A DNA stretch of 32,000 bases from Aeropyrum pernix K1 (lineage in GTDB: Archaea > Thermoproteota > Thermoprotei_A > Sulfolobales > Acidilobaceae): NCBI RefSeq assembly GCF_000011125.1, contig NC_000854.2, forward strand, positions 690,001 through 722,000, in the 5' to 3' direction. The notes beneath the pieces are model-generated. The model searched no databases. It saw nothing but the letters and a program-made list of their open reading frames with translations, and had not been told where the DNA came from. Shown here piece by piece: positions 18,868-27,190 of this stretch; position 1 is the stretch's first letter; the number at the start of each line of letters is the position of its first letter. The translations under genes were made by a program, and so were the position numbers.

Positions 18868-19917
18868 ATGCCGCCTAAGAGGGATGGGGAGGTCCTCGTC
18901 CTGGGTATAGAGTCTACAGCCCACACCTTCGGCGTGGGGATAGTCTCGACCAGGCCCCCTATCGTCAGGGCGGATGTGAGGAGGAGGTGGACTCCTAGGG
19001 AGGGGGGCATACTCCCCCGGGAGGTGGCTGAGTTCTTCAGCCTCCACGCCGGCGAGGCGGTGGCGGAGGCTCTGGGTGAGGCCGGGGTCTCCATTGCTGA
19101 CGTGGATGCTGTGGCCGTTGCTCTGGGGCCTGGTATGGGGCCTGCCCTCAGGGTGGGGGCTACCGTGGCGAGGGCGCTGTCGGCCAAGTACGGGAAGCCC
19201 CTGGTCCCCGTGAACCATGCTGTGGCCCACGTTGAGGCGGCGAGGTTCACAACGGGGCTCCGGGACCCTGTGGCCCTCTATGTTGCGGGGGGTAACACGA
19301 CCGTGGTCTCCTTTGTCGCCGGGAGGTACAGGACGTTCGGCGAGACCCTGGACATAGCGCTGGGCAACCTCCTGGACACGTTCGCCAGGGAGGCGGGGAT
19401 AGCGCCCCCCTACGTCGCCGGGGGCCTCCACGCTGTGGACAGGTGCGCCGAGGGGGGCGGGTTCGTGGAGGGCATACCCTACGTGGTTAAGGGGCAGGAC
19501 GTATCCTTCAGCGGAATACTCACGGCGGCACTAAGGCTCCTGAAGAGGGGGGCGAGGCTGAGTGACGTGTGCTACACCCTGAGGGAGGTGGCGTTCTCGA
19601 GCGTGGTGGAGGTTACAGAGAGGTGCCTCGCCCACACGGGCAAGAGGCAGGCCACCCTGACGGGGGGAGTTGCGGCTAACAGGGTGCTCAACGAGAAGAT
19701 GAGCCTGATGGCGGGGCTCCACGGCGCCGTCTACAGACCGGTGGACGTGAGGCTCAGCGGCGACAACGGAGTCATGATAGCCCTCACCGGCCTCGCCGCC
19801 TACCTCCACGGCGTCATCATAGACCCGGGGGAGGCGTATATAAGGCAGAGGTGGAGGATAGACGAGGTGGACATACCATGGTATCCCTGGCTCCCTGGGG
19901 ACCCGCCGCCCGGCTAG
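18868..19917 (+). CDS. kae1: tRNA N6-adenosine threonylcarbamoyltransferase Kae1 (KEOPS catalytic subunit)
   Basis: GIESTAHTFGVGIV, the VNHAVAH metal-binding histidines, an ASKHA fold, and the C-terminal RQRWRIDEVDIPW typical of Kae1. Confidence 0.9.
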   Translation: MPPKRDGEVLVLGIESTAHTFGVGIVSTRPPIVRADVRRRWTPREGGILPREVAEFFSLHAGEAVAEALGEAGVSIADVDAVAVALGPGMGPALRVGATVARALSAKYGKPLVPVNHAVAHVEAARFTTGLRDPVALYVAGGNTTVVSFVAGRYRTFGETLDIALGNLLDTFAREAGIAPPYVAGGLHAVDRCAEGGGFVEGIPYVVKGQDVSFSGILTAALRLLKRGARLSDVCYTLREVAFSSVVEVTERCLAHTGKRQATLTGGVAANRVLNEKMSLMAGLHGAVYRPVDVRLSGDNGVMIALTGLAAYLHGVIIDPGEAYIRQRWRIDEVDIPWYPWLPGDPPPG

Positions 19918-20573
19918 AGGAGCTCCCCCTACTGAAGAGGGGGGCCGAGGCCGAGATCAGGCTGGGGGAGTTTATGGGGCTCCAGGCCGTGTATAAGGCT
20001 AGGGTTAGGAAGCCCTACATGCACCCCAGGCTCGCCGAGAGGCTTGTCAGGCTGAGGACTAGGAGGGAGGCCAGGGTTATAGCGGCAGCCAGGGCCGCGG
20101 GGGTCAGCGCCCCAGCCCTCCTCGCCGTCTTCCCCAGCCTCGGGCTGATTGTGATGGAGTATGTGGAGGGCCCCCTCCTCAAGGACGTCATAGACCGGCG
20201 GGGCCTCGGGGCCGGGGGGCTTGTGGAGGAGGCTGGCTACAACCTCGGCCTCCTCCACAGGGCGGGCGTCGTACACGGGGACCCCACCACCTCGAACTAC
20301 ATAGTCAGGGGAGGGGGTGTGGTGCTGATAGACTACGGGCTGGCGGAGTTCAGCTCCAGCGTTGAGGACAGGGCGGTGGACCTCCACCTCTTCAGGAGGG
20401 CTGTGGAGAGCACCCACGCCCCCCTGGCGGGGGAGCTCTACAGCCTCTACACCCGGGGCTACCTGAGGGCCGTGGGGGAGTGGGGCGGGGAGGTGTTGCG
20501 GAGGGCTGAGGAGATAAGGCTGAGGGGGAGGTATGTGAGGGAGAGGCGGAGGAGCGTGTGGGGCGTTGGCTAG
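19878..20573 (+). CDS. bud32: Bud32 / PRPK atypical protein kinase (KEOPS subunit)
   Basis: LLKRGAEAEI (glycine-loop equivalent) and the catalytic loop VHGDPTTSNYIV, then IDYGLAEF. The track start at 19851 and the ATG at 19878 both overlap the kae1 3' end (by 67 and 40 nt). I chose the ATG. Confidence 0.8.
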   Translation: MVSLAPWGPAARLEELPLLKRGAEAEIRLGEFMGLQAVYKARVRKPYMHPRLAERLVRLRTRREARVIAAARAAGVSAPALLAVFPSLGLIVMEYVEGPLLKDVIDRRGLGAGGLVEEAGYNLGLLHRAGVVHGDPTTSNYIVRGGGVVLIDYGLAEFSSSVEDRAVDLHLFRRAVESTHAPLAGELYSLYTRGYLRAVGEWGGEVLRRAEEIRLRGRYVRERRRSVWGVG

Positions 20574-21132
20574 GAGGATCCTCCTCGTCACGGGGAACAG
20601 GGGTAAGCTGGAGGAGGCTAGGGAGGTCCTCAGGGAGTATGGGGTGGAGGTTGAGCAGGCCCAGGCGTGGAAGCTGGAGGTGCAGTCTGAGAGCCTGGAG
20701 GAGATAGCCCTCCGGGCCGCGAGGGTCGCCTACGCCCAGCTCCGCAGGCCCCTCGCTGTTGAGGACGCCGGCCTCTTCATAAACGCTCTAAACGGGTTCC
20801 CCGGCCCCTACAGCAGCTACGCCTACAAGACCATAGGAATACCCGGCGTCCTCAGGCTGCTGGAGGGGGCGGCTGATAGGGGGGCGTGCTTCAAGGCGGC
20901 GGTGGCCTATGTAGCCCCCCTGGTGGAGAGGGTTTTCACCGGTGAGGTCTGCGGCTCCATAGCCAGGGAGCCCCGGGGCTCCCAGGGGTTCGGGTTCGAC
21001 CCCATATTCGTGCCCGAGGGCTACAGCAGCACCTTCGCCGAGCTCGGGCCTGGTGTGAAGAACAGGATAAGCCACCGTGCCAGGGCCTTCAGGAGGCTGG
21101 GGGAGTGGCTCTCCCGGAGGGATCCTTTATAA
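20566..21132 (+). CDS. non-canonical purine NTP pyrophosphatase (HAM1/RdgB, dITP/XTP)
   Basis: TGNRGKLEE, GFGFDPIF and ISHRARAF motifs. The TTG start overlaps the bud32 stop. Confidence 0.9.
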   Translation: MARRILLVTGNRGKLEEAREVLREYGVEVEQAQAWKLEVQSESLEEIALRAARVAYAQLRRPLAVEDAGLFINALNGFPGPYSSYAYKTIGIPGVLRLLEGAADRGACFKAAVAYVAPLVERVFTGEVCGSIAREPRGSQGFGFDPIFVPEGYSSTFAELGPGVKNRISHRARAFRRLGEWLSRRDPL

Positions 21133-21197
21133 TCCCTCGGCTAAACCCTATTCTAGCCCGGGCTAGAGCTGTCTGTAGAGCGTGAGGTGTGTAAGCT

Positions 21198-21650
21198 GTG
21201 AACAAGAGGAGGGAGAAGGGCCAGTCCCACTCCACCAGGCCCCCGCACCCGCAGCCGCCCCAGTGGCTGGTGTTCACCCCCGAGGAGATAGAGCTGCTCA
21301 TAGCCGAGCTGGCTAAGAAGGGCTACGGCCCGAGCATGATAGGGATAATACTGAGGGACCAGTACGGCATACCCCTGGTCAAGCCCATACTGGGCAAGGG
21401 GGTCAGCGAGGTCCTCAGGGAGAAGGGCCTCCACCCACCCCTCCCCGAGGACCTCCTAATGCTCATAAGGAAGGCCGTCAACCTGAGGCGCCACCTCGAC
21501 GAGCACCCTAAGGACTACCACGCCAAGAAGGGGCTCATAGACCTCGAGTCCAAGATAAGGAGGCTAGTGAAATACTACAAGAGGAGGGGAGTCCTACCCC
21601 CCGACTGGAAGTACGACCCCGAGGCGGCCAAACTCCTAGTATCAACCTAA
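21198..21650 (+). CDS. rps15: 30S ribosomal protein S15 (uS15 / S13e type)
   Basis: 150 aa. [22 protein letters not shown]...[27 protein letters not shown] is typical of archaeal S15. GTG start. Confidence 0.9.
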   Translation: MNKRREKGQSHSTRPPHPQPPQWLVFTPEEIELLIAELAKKGYGPSMIGIILRDQYGIPLVKPILGKGVSEVLREKGLHPPLPEDLLMLIRKAVNLRRHLDEHPKDYHAKKGLIDLESKIRRLVKYYKRRGVLPPDWKYDPEAAKLLVST

Positions 21651-21813
21651 ACCGGTAGGAACCCTAGACAGCCGGCCTTAGACGGCGCCCCCACAGCCGG
21701 GACCCGCCTCCATCCACCCACAAACACTTATGGAGTGGCGGTTTGGCTAGGCGGTTTAGAGTAGACCTCCCGGGGGATATGCTGCTCTAACACCTCCTCC
21801 GGCGGTGGAACGC

Positions 21814-21821
21814 TTAAATAA
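21814..21821 (+). promoter_or_regulatory. candidate TATA box of the aspartate kinase-asd-hom operon
   Basis: TTAAATAA is the only AT-rich octamer in the region. It lies ~40 nt upstream of the GTG codons at 21859 and 21862, and inside the over-extended track ORF that starts at 21805. Confidence 0.45.
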
Positions 21822-21858
21822 GCCTTCGGCCCCCCGGTATTCCCGGCTCCGAGAGTGG

Positions 21859-23226
21859 GTGGTGGGTTGTGCGCCAAACGATCTAGTCGTCGTCAAGTTC
21901 GGGGGTAGCGTGCTCAACGGCTCCCCGGGGTTTCTGGCGGCGGGCCGCCTCGTCCTGGGCCTCCTGGAGTCCGGCCTCGAGCCTGTGGTTGTCGTCTCCG
22001 CTGTCAAGGGTGTTACCGACGCCCTCCTCTCCTCCTTCGAGAGGCGGGATCCCGGCGTCGGGGGTGCGGTGGGGAAGACCTACCTCTCGATAGCCAGGGA
22101 GCTGGGCCTGCCCCCCGAGTCCGTGAGGGACGTCAGCCTTGCTTCGGCTGAGGTCTCGAAGCTCCTCTGGGCGGCCGAGGTCCTGGGCCAGTGGACGCCG
22201 AGGGTCAGGGATCTCGTGGTCTCCTATGGTGAGAGGCTTAGCGCGGCCCTCATGGCGGGGCTGCTGAGGCGCCTGGGCGTCGAGGCTAGGTGGCTCGGCG
22301 GCGGCGAGGCGGGTATAGTGACGGATGGCGAGTTCGGGGATGCGACGCCCCTCTACGGCTATACGGAGGGCGTTATCAGGGAGAGGCTTGAGCCCATGCT
22401 GGAGGAGGGCGTTGTCCCCGTGGTCGCCGGCTTCACCGGCGCCACTAGGGAGGGGGATACCACCCTGCTGGGCAGGGGCGGTAGCGACCTCACCGCGACC
22501 CTCCTCGCCTCAGCCCTCGGGGCCGGGAGGGTTGTGCTCTACACCGACGTCCCCGGGATACTCAGCGGCGACCCTCGTGTCGTGGGGGAGCCCCGCAGGG
22601 TTGGCTATATGAGCTATGAGGAGGCCTGGGAGGTGGCCAGGCTGGGCCTCAGGAAGTTCCACCCCAGGACTTTCGAGCCCCTCATAGCCGGGGGGCTGGG
22701 GGTGGAGGTGGTGGTCTCCGACCTCAGGGGCAGGAGCACCAGGATAGGCCCGGGTAGGGGCGGGCCCCCGCTGAAGGTGGTCTCCCTCTCCCGTGGAGTG
22801 GCCAGGCTCGTTGTCAGGGGGCCTAGCATGGCCGGCAAGAGGGGGTTCCTCTCGAGGCTCGCAGGCCTCCTAGCGGGTAGGGGCGTGAACATACTGGCCA
22901 TAAGGCAGCCTCCCTCCGAGACTGCTATAGAGCTTGTGGTGGATGAGCGGGACCTCCCCGCGGCTGTGGAGGAGCTTGGGGCCCGCTCGGGCGCGGCTGG
23001 TGTCAGGCTGGAGGTGGAGAGGGGGTTCGATGTAGTGAGCATCGTGGGCTGGGGCGCCGTCGAGGCCCTTCCCGAGGCCCTCTCGGCGGCGGAGAAGACG
23101 GGGGGCAGGCTGCTCAGCACGGGGGAGCTCAGCCCTAGCATCTCCATACTGGCGCGGGGGAGGACCTCGCCGGAGCTGGCCAGGCTTCTCCACAGGAGGG
23201 TGGTTGAGAGTTGGGTGACAGGGTGA
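21859..23226 (+). CDS. aspartate kinase
   Basis: VVKFGGSVL (KFGG motif), GRGGSDLTAT, and C-terminal ACT-like repeats. I moved the start from the track's 21805 to the GTG at 21859 because a TATA-like element lies at 21814-21821. Confidence 0.85.
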   Translation: MVGCAPNDLVVVKFGGSVLNGSPGFLAAGRLVLGLLESGLEPVVVVSAVKGVTDALLSSFERRDPGVGGAVGKTYLSIARELGLPPESVRDVSLASAEVSKLLWAAEVLGQWTPRVRDLVVSYGERLSAALMAGLLRRLGVEARWLGGGEAGIVTDGEFGDATPLYGYTEGVIRERLEPMLEEGVVPVVAGFTGATREGDTTLLGRGGSDLTATLLASALGAGRVVLYTDVPGILSGDPRVVGEPRRVGYMSYEEAWEVARLGLRKFHPRTFEPLIAGGLGVEVVVSDLRGRSTRIGPGRGGPPLKVVSLSRGVARLVVRGPSMAGKRGFLSRLAGLLAGRGVNILAIRQPPSETAIELVVDERDLPAAVEELGARSGAAGVRLEVERGFDVVSIVGWGAVEALPEALSAAEKTGGRLLSTGELSPSISILARGRTSPELARLLHRRVVESWVTG

Positions 23227-24272
23227 GGGCCGCGGTACTGGGGGCCTCCGGCCTGGTGGGCCAGGTCTTCCTAAGGCTCCTCGAGGGCCACCCCTACTTC
23301 GAGGTCGCGGCGGTGGCCTCCAGCCCCGGTAAGGCCGGTTTGGATGCCGCCGAAGCCATAGACTGGATCCTCCCCGGCGGGCCTCCCGGCTATCTGGAGG
23401 GCATGAGGATGTCGAGGCCCGAGCCGGGGGCGCTGAGGGCTGAGGGCGTCGAGCTAGTCTTCTCAGCCCTCCCCTCCCAGGCGGCCGCGGAGCTGGAGCC
23501 CGCCCTTGCCAGGGAGGGCTTCGAGGTTTTCTCCAACTCGAGCAACATGAGGCTCGACCCCGACATACCCCTGGTCAACGGAGAGGTGAACCCCGGCCAC
23601 CTGGCGCTCGCCAAGGCTCAGAGGGAGAGGGGCTGGAGGGGTGTCGTGGTGAAGAACCCCAACTGCACCACAGCCATACTAACACTAGCCCTCAAGCCCA
23701 TAGTGGACGCGGCGGGCCTAAGGGAGGTTCACGTGGCGACCATGCAGGCCATCTCCGGCGCCGGGAGGCGGGGTGTGCCGGGCTACGGGATAGTGGACAA
23801 CATAATCCCCCACATACCGGGGGAGGAGGGGAAGGTTGAGGCCGAGTCGCGCAAGATCCTCGGCAGCCTCCGGGGCGGGAGGCTCGAGCCCGCCGCCTTC
23901 AGTGTGGCCGCTACCACCACCAGGGTCCCCGTGCTGGAGGGACACCTCGAGGTGGTCTACCTCAAGACCGCCCGCCCCATGGAGCCCGGGGAGGCTGTGG
24001 AGGCCCTGGAGTCCTACAGGGGCATCCCCCAGGAGCTGGGGCTCCCCACAGCCCCCCCGAAGCCCCTCAGGGTGCTCCGCGGCGAGGACAGGCCCCAGCC
24101 CCGGCTAGACAGGGCTGCGGGCGGGGGGATGACGGTCTCTGTGGGGAGGGTTGAGGCGAAGGAGGGGGGCTGGCTGAGGATGGTGGTTCTGGGCCACAAC
24201 CTGGTTAGGGGGGCTGCGGGGGCCGCTCTGCTGGCGGCCGAGCTCTGGCTACGGCGGGGGGAGTGGCTGTGA
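23223..24272 (+). CDS. asd: aspartate-semialdehyde dehydrogenase
   Basis: AAVLGASGLVGQ (NAD(P)-binding motif) and the active-site NPNCTT. The GTG at 23223 overlaps the upstream TGA (GTGA); the track's TTG at 23211 is an alternative. Confidence 0.9.
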   Translation: MRAAVLGASGLVGQVFLRLLEGHPYFEVAAVASSPGKAGLDAAEAIDWILPGGPPGYLEGMRMSRPEPGALRAEGVELVFSALPSQAAAELEPALAREGFEVFSNSSNMRLDPDIPLVNGEVNPGHLALAKAQRERGWRGVVVKNPNCTTAILTLALKPIVDAAGLREVHVATMQAISGAGRRGVPGYGIVDNIIPHIPGEEGKVEAESRKILGSLRGGRLEPAAFSVAATTTRVPVLEGHLEVVYLKTARPMEPGEAVEALESYRGIPQELGLPTAPPKPLRVLRGEDRPQPRLDRAAGGGMTVSVGRVEAKEGGWLRMVVLGHNLVRGAAGAALLAAELWLRRGEWL

Positions 24273-25267
24273 GGGTGGCTGTGGCGGGGTTCGGCGGCGT
24301 GGGCAGGAGGCTGGCCAGGCTACTCCTTGAGAGGGGCGGCTCCCACGGCCTCTCCCTGGCTGCCGCGATAGACTCTCGGGGCCACGCGGTCTTCGATAGC
24401 AGGGGCTGCGTGGAGGAGGCTCTCTCCGCGCCCCGCGGGGGGCTTGCGGGGGTGTCGTGCGGGGCGCCTGGCAGCGGCCCGGGGGTGCTTAGGGGGCTGG
24501 GCTACGACGCGCTTGTCCTCACCACCGCCAGCAGCCCCGGGACGGGGGAGCCGGGGCTGGGCTACGCCCGCGCCGCCCTGGAGGATGGGAAGGTGGTGGT
24601 GGCCGCCGACAAGCCCCCGGTGGCGCTGCTCCTCCTCGAGCACGGGGGGCCGCCTCCGGGCCTGTTCTACAAGGCAACTGTCATGGCGGGCACGCCGCTG
24701 ATAGACCTGCTTAGGGTCGGGCTGGCGGGGAGGAGGGTGTTGAGGGTTGTGGGGGTTCTCAACGGGACCTCGAACTACATTCTAAACCTCCTCATGGAGG
24801 GGGTGCCGCTGGAGGAGGCTGTGGAGGCTGCTGTGAGGCTTGGCATAGCAGAGCCGGACCCCTCGGCCGACCTTAGGGGGGTGGACCTCGCCCTCAAAGC
24901 CTCTATAGTCGCCCAGACCCTAGGCTGCCCCGTCGGCCCAGGGGATGTTGTGGTCGGTGGCACGGTCTACGATGCCGCGGGCTGGGCCCCGGGGCTCAGG
25001 GGTGCAGGCGCCGCCTTGAGGTACACCGCCAGGGTTGACGTGGCGGGTTGTAGGGCTGAGATCGGCCTCACCCTCCACGGGGCGGGGAGCAGGCTCTACA
25101 GCCTCCCCGGCAGCCTCAACGCCGCAGTCATAGGGCTCGAGGACTCCACGATCTACCTCGAGGGTCCGGGTGCTGGGCTTGGGGTGACGGCTGCAACCCT
25201 GCTGAGCGACCTTGTCCTCTCCCGCCGGGCCGGCGGGAAGCCCCCCTATTTTCCCGCGGGCCTCTAG
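24263..25267 (+). CDS. hom: homoserine dehydrogenase
   Basis: VAVAGFGGVGR (Rossmann motif) and VLNGTSNYIL, a conserved homoserine dehydrogenase motif. The GTG start (24263 or 24269) overlaps the asd stop. Confidence 0.8.
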   Translation: MAVRVAVAGFGGVGRRLARLLLERGGSHGLSLAAAIDSRGHAVFDSRGCVEEALSAPRGGLAGVSCGAPGSGPGVLRGLGYDALVLTTASSPGTGEPGLGYARAALEDGKVVVAADKPPVALLLLEHGGPPPGLFYKATVMAGTPLIDLLRVGLAGRRVLRVVGVLNGTSNYILNLLMEGVPLEEAVEAAVRLGIAEPDPSADLRGVDLALKASIVAQTLGCPVGPGDVVVGGTVYDAAGWAPGLRGAGAALRYTARVDVAGCRAEIGLTLHGAGSRLYSLPGSLNAAVIGLEDSTIYLEGPGAGLGVTAATLLSDLVLSRRAGGKPPYFPAGL

Positions 25268-25279
25268 ATTACCCTTCGG

Positions 25280-26599
25280 GTGCGGCTCCCGGTGTTCAAG
25301 GTTAGGCTGAGCCCGGGCGGCGAGTTCGAGAAGGGTTTTGAGGCGGCGTCCAGCGGGTTCAGGCGTGTGGTGGAGGCCGCCGAGGATTACGGGGGGGTTG
25401 TGAGGATATACTCCTACCCCTCCAGGGACAGCCTCGTCGCGGGCGCCTACCTTTTCAAGAGGCTCCTGGCCCTCGGCCTCAGGCCTGTTGCTGGTGTGAG
25501 TGTGAAGCCTCCCCCCGTCCTCTCGCCCACGGTGCTCCTCGGCTACGACAGCCTGCAGTACAAGGCTACGGAGGTTGAGCACCCCGTCTTCGCCGTCTCC
25601 TCGGGCGAGCTGCGGGGCACACCGGTGATGAACGTCTACATGGTGGAGGCTGAGGGGAGTGTGAGCGCCGCCGCGGCCATCGCCTCCTCGGAGGTGGTGG
25701 GCTATAGGGGCTCATGGGACGTGATGGTCGCCCTCGCCGGCTGCATGGCGGGGAGGTATGTGGAGAGGAACGGCAGGTTCCACGGGCTGGATAGGATGCT
25801 TCTCGACGAGCTGGGGAGGATCGAGGTTTACGGCCTGGAGGTTGTGACCAGCCTCAAGGCCTACAAGCCCATGGAGGGCGGGGTGTGCGACGCCATAGCC
25901 AGGACCGTCAACCCCTACTACCCCAAGATGACGGGCGACCCAGGCTACTGCGCCGAGGTCCTCAGGGGGGAGGGCCTCGAGGGGCTGGCCTCAAGGAGCC
26001 TCTACAGCGTGTCGGACAAGGAGGAGCTCAGCAGGCTCGTCTCCACCATACTCTCCCACGTCTCCCGCTACACCCAGAGGCTCGAGGGGGAGGAGCTTGT
26101 GGAGGAGTACGTGGGGGGCTACCCCATATCCACCGCCCCGGGGGCGCCTGTCGCGGACGCGAGGATGGCCCTCGACGCCCTCACAATGGCCATGGAGCTG
26201 GGGGGCCTGGAGGGGCTGCTGGCCACCGTTATGGACTTGGAGAGGGAGTACCCCATAGCTGAGGCGGCCCTCGAGGACCTGGCCCGGGGGTTCGAGGACC
26301 TCCTCTCCAGGGTTAAGCCCAGGAGGGTGAAAAGCCACCCCAGGCTGAGGCTCTACCTCCTAGGCCCTGAAGCCAGGGAGGCCCCCCTATACCTGCTCTG
26401 GAGGGCCCTCCAGATAACAGGGGTGGTGGAGAGGGATAGCGTGCTCGCCGTGGAGGCAGAGGGCGGGGCTGCGGTTGCCAGCGCGCCACAGGCCGAGGAC
26501 GCCCTGGGCGTGGGGAGCGTGAGGAGGATAGTGGAGTCCAGGCTGGGCAGGCTGGAGGGGCTCAGGCTATGGCTCGACACAAGTGCACTGCAGAGATAA
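25280..26599 (+). CDS. RecJ/Cdc45-like protein with a degenerate DHH domain (tentative)
   Basis: 439 aa. VVRIYSYPSRDSLVAGAYLFKRLLALGL follows the DHH motif I pattern (hhhh..D.D..hs.a.h...L...G), but the acidic residues are replaced. TVLLGYDS resembles motif II. I found no DHH or GGGH motif. This resembles the catalytically inactive crenarchaeal Cdc45/RecJdbh. I assigned it by eye only. Confidence 0.45.
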   Translation: MRLPVFKVRLSPGGEFEKGFEAASSGFRRVVEAAEDYGGVVRIYSYPSRDSLVAGAYLFKRLLALGLRPVAGVSVKPPPVLSPTVLLGYDSLQYKATEVEHPVFAVSSGELRGTPVMNVYMVEAEGSVSAAAAIASSEVVGYRGSWDVMVALAGCMAGRYVERNGRFHGLDRMLLDELGRIEVYGLEVVTSLKAYKPMEGGVCDAIARTVNPYYPKMTGDPGYCAEVLRGEGLEGLASRSLYSVSDKEELSRLVSTILSHVSRYTQRLEGEELVEEYVGGYPISTAPGAPVADARMALDALTMAMELGGLEGLLATVMDLEREYPIAEAALEDLARGFEDLLSRVKPRRVKSHPRLRLYLLGPEAREAPLYLLWRALQITGVVERDSVLAVEAEGGAAVASAPQAEDALGVGSVRRIVESRLGRLEGLRLWLDTSALQR

Positions 26600-26826
26600 C
26601 CCTCCCCGGGGGGCCCGAGATAGCCGAGAGCCTGGAGCCCGACAACCTCCAAACACCCCCATGGCTCAAAATAACCTGCACCCACCAAGAAGGCAGCGTG
26701 GCCTGCACGGTGGAGGTGGAGGGGTGCCACAGCCCCAGAAGGATACTAAGCCTGAGGAACACCATAGACGACCTCCTAAGAAGCTACAGGGCAGCCACCG
26801 AAACCCTAGAAGCCACCCGAAAATAG
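26569..26826 (+). CDS. pcc1: KEOPS subunit Pcc1-like protein
   Basis: 85 aa. The pattern AEITLPGGPEIAESLEPDN...KITCTHQEGSVACTVEVEGCHSPRRILSLRNTIDDLLRSYRAA fits the Pcc1/CTAG family (beta-beta-beta-alpha with an LR..N..l motif). It overlaps the upstream ORF by 31 nt. Confidence 0.6.
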   Translation: MARHKCTAEITLPGGPEIAESLEPDNLQTPPWLKITCTHQEGSVACTVEVEGCHSPRRILSLRNTIDDLLRSYRAATETLEATRK

Positions 26827-26879
26827 CGAGCCACCGAAAACCCAGACAGCCTAGTTAAAACATAAACAACACCCAAAAC

Positions 26880-26937
26880 TTTTCCCCTCTTCCGTGGGGA
26901 TGTATATACGTTTAGATTGGGGTAGTGTTTATTAGGC
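26880..26937 (+). repeat. leader module A (TTTTCCCCTC-N6-GGGGA-N-GTATATAC-N21-ATTAGGC)
   Basis: Read directly from the sequence. It is colinear with module B, 121 nt downstream. Confidence 0.7.
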
Positions 26938-27000
26938 TTGGTTGGGACCCCCTCTCCTGCTGTATATATTTTTGTGTGTGGTTGTTTTTGTATCTCAATG

Positions 27001-27058
27001 TTTTCCCCTCAATCTGGGGGAGTATATACTCTTACCTCGTGGGCAAAGCATATTAGGC
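27001..27058 (+). repeat. leader module B (TTTTCCCCTC-N5-GGGGGA-GTATATAC-N22-ATTAGGC)
   Basis: It has the same block order and spacing as module A. The blocks are identical, while the linkers between them have diverged. Confidence 0.7.
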
Positions 27059-27190
27059 CCTGTGTGAACCCCCCTTATGGCGAGGCCCCCGGGAGGGGGC
27101 CGGGGGCCGGTGTGGTAAGCCCCGGGGGCCGGGGGTTTATCTATGTGATAGAGTTGGCTACGATCCCGCCCCCGGGATGGCGGGGTGTGG

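Noticed and set aside
18637-19431. 264-aa minus-strand ORF covering rps27ae and the first half of kae1.
   Set aside because: It is antisense to two conserved genes and has low-complexity Pro/Gly/Arg composition.
19929-20591. 220-aa ORF antisense to bud32. The same applies to 24920-25582 (antisense across the hom / RecJ-like junction) and 30218-30850 (antisense to the THUMP-SPOUT gene).
   Set aside because: The same GC3-driven artefact applies: Pro/Gly/His-rich products with no motifs.
21805-21858. Upstream GTG start for aspartate kinase.
   Set aside because: A TTAAATAA TATA-like box lies inside this extension, and the conserved KFGG motif starts shortly after the GTG at 21859.
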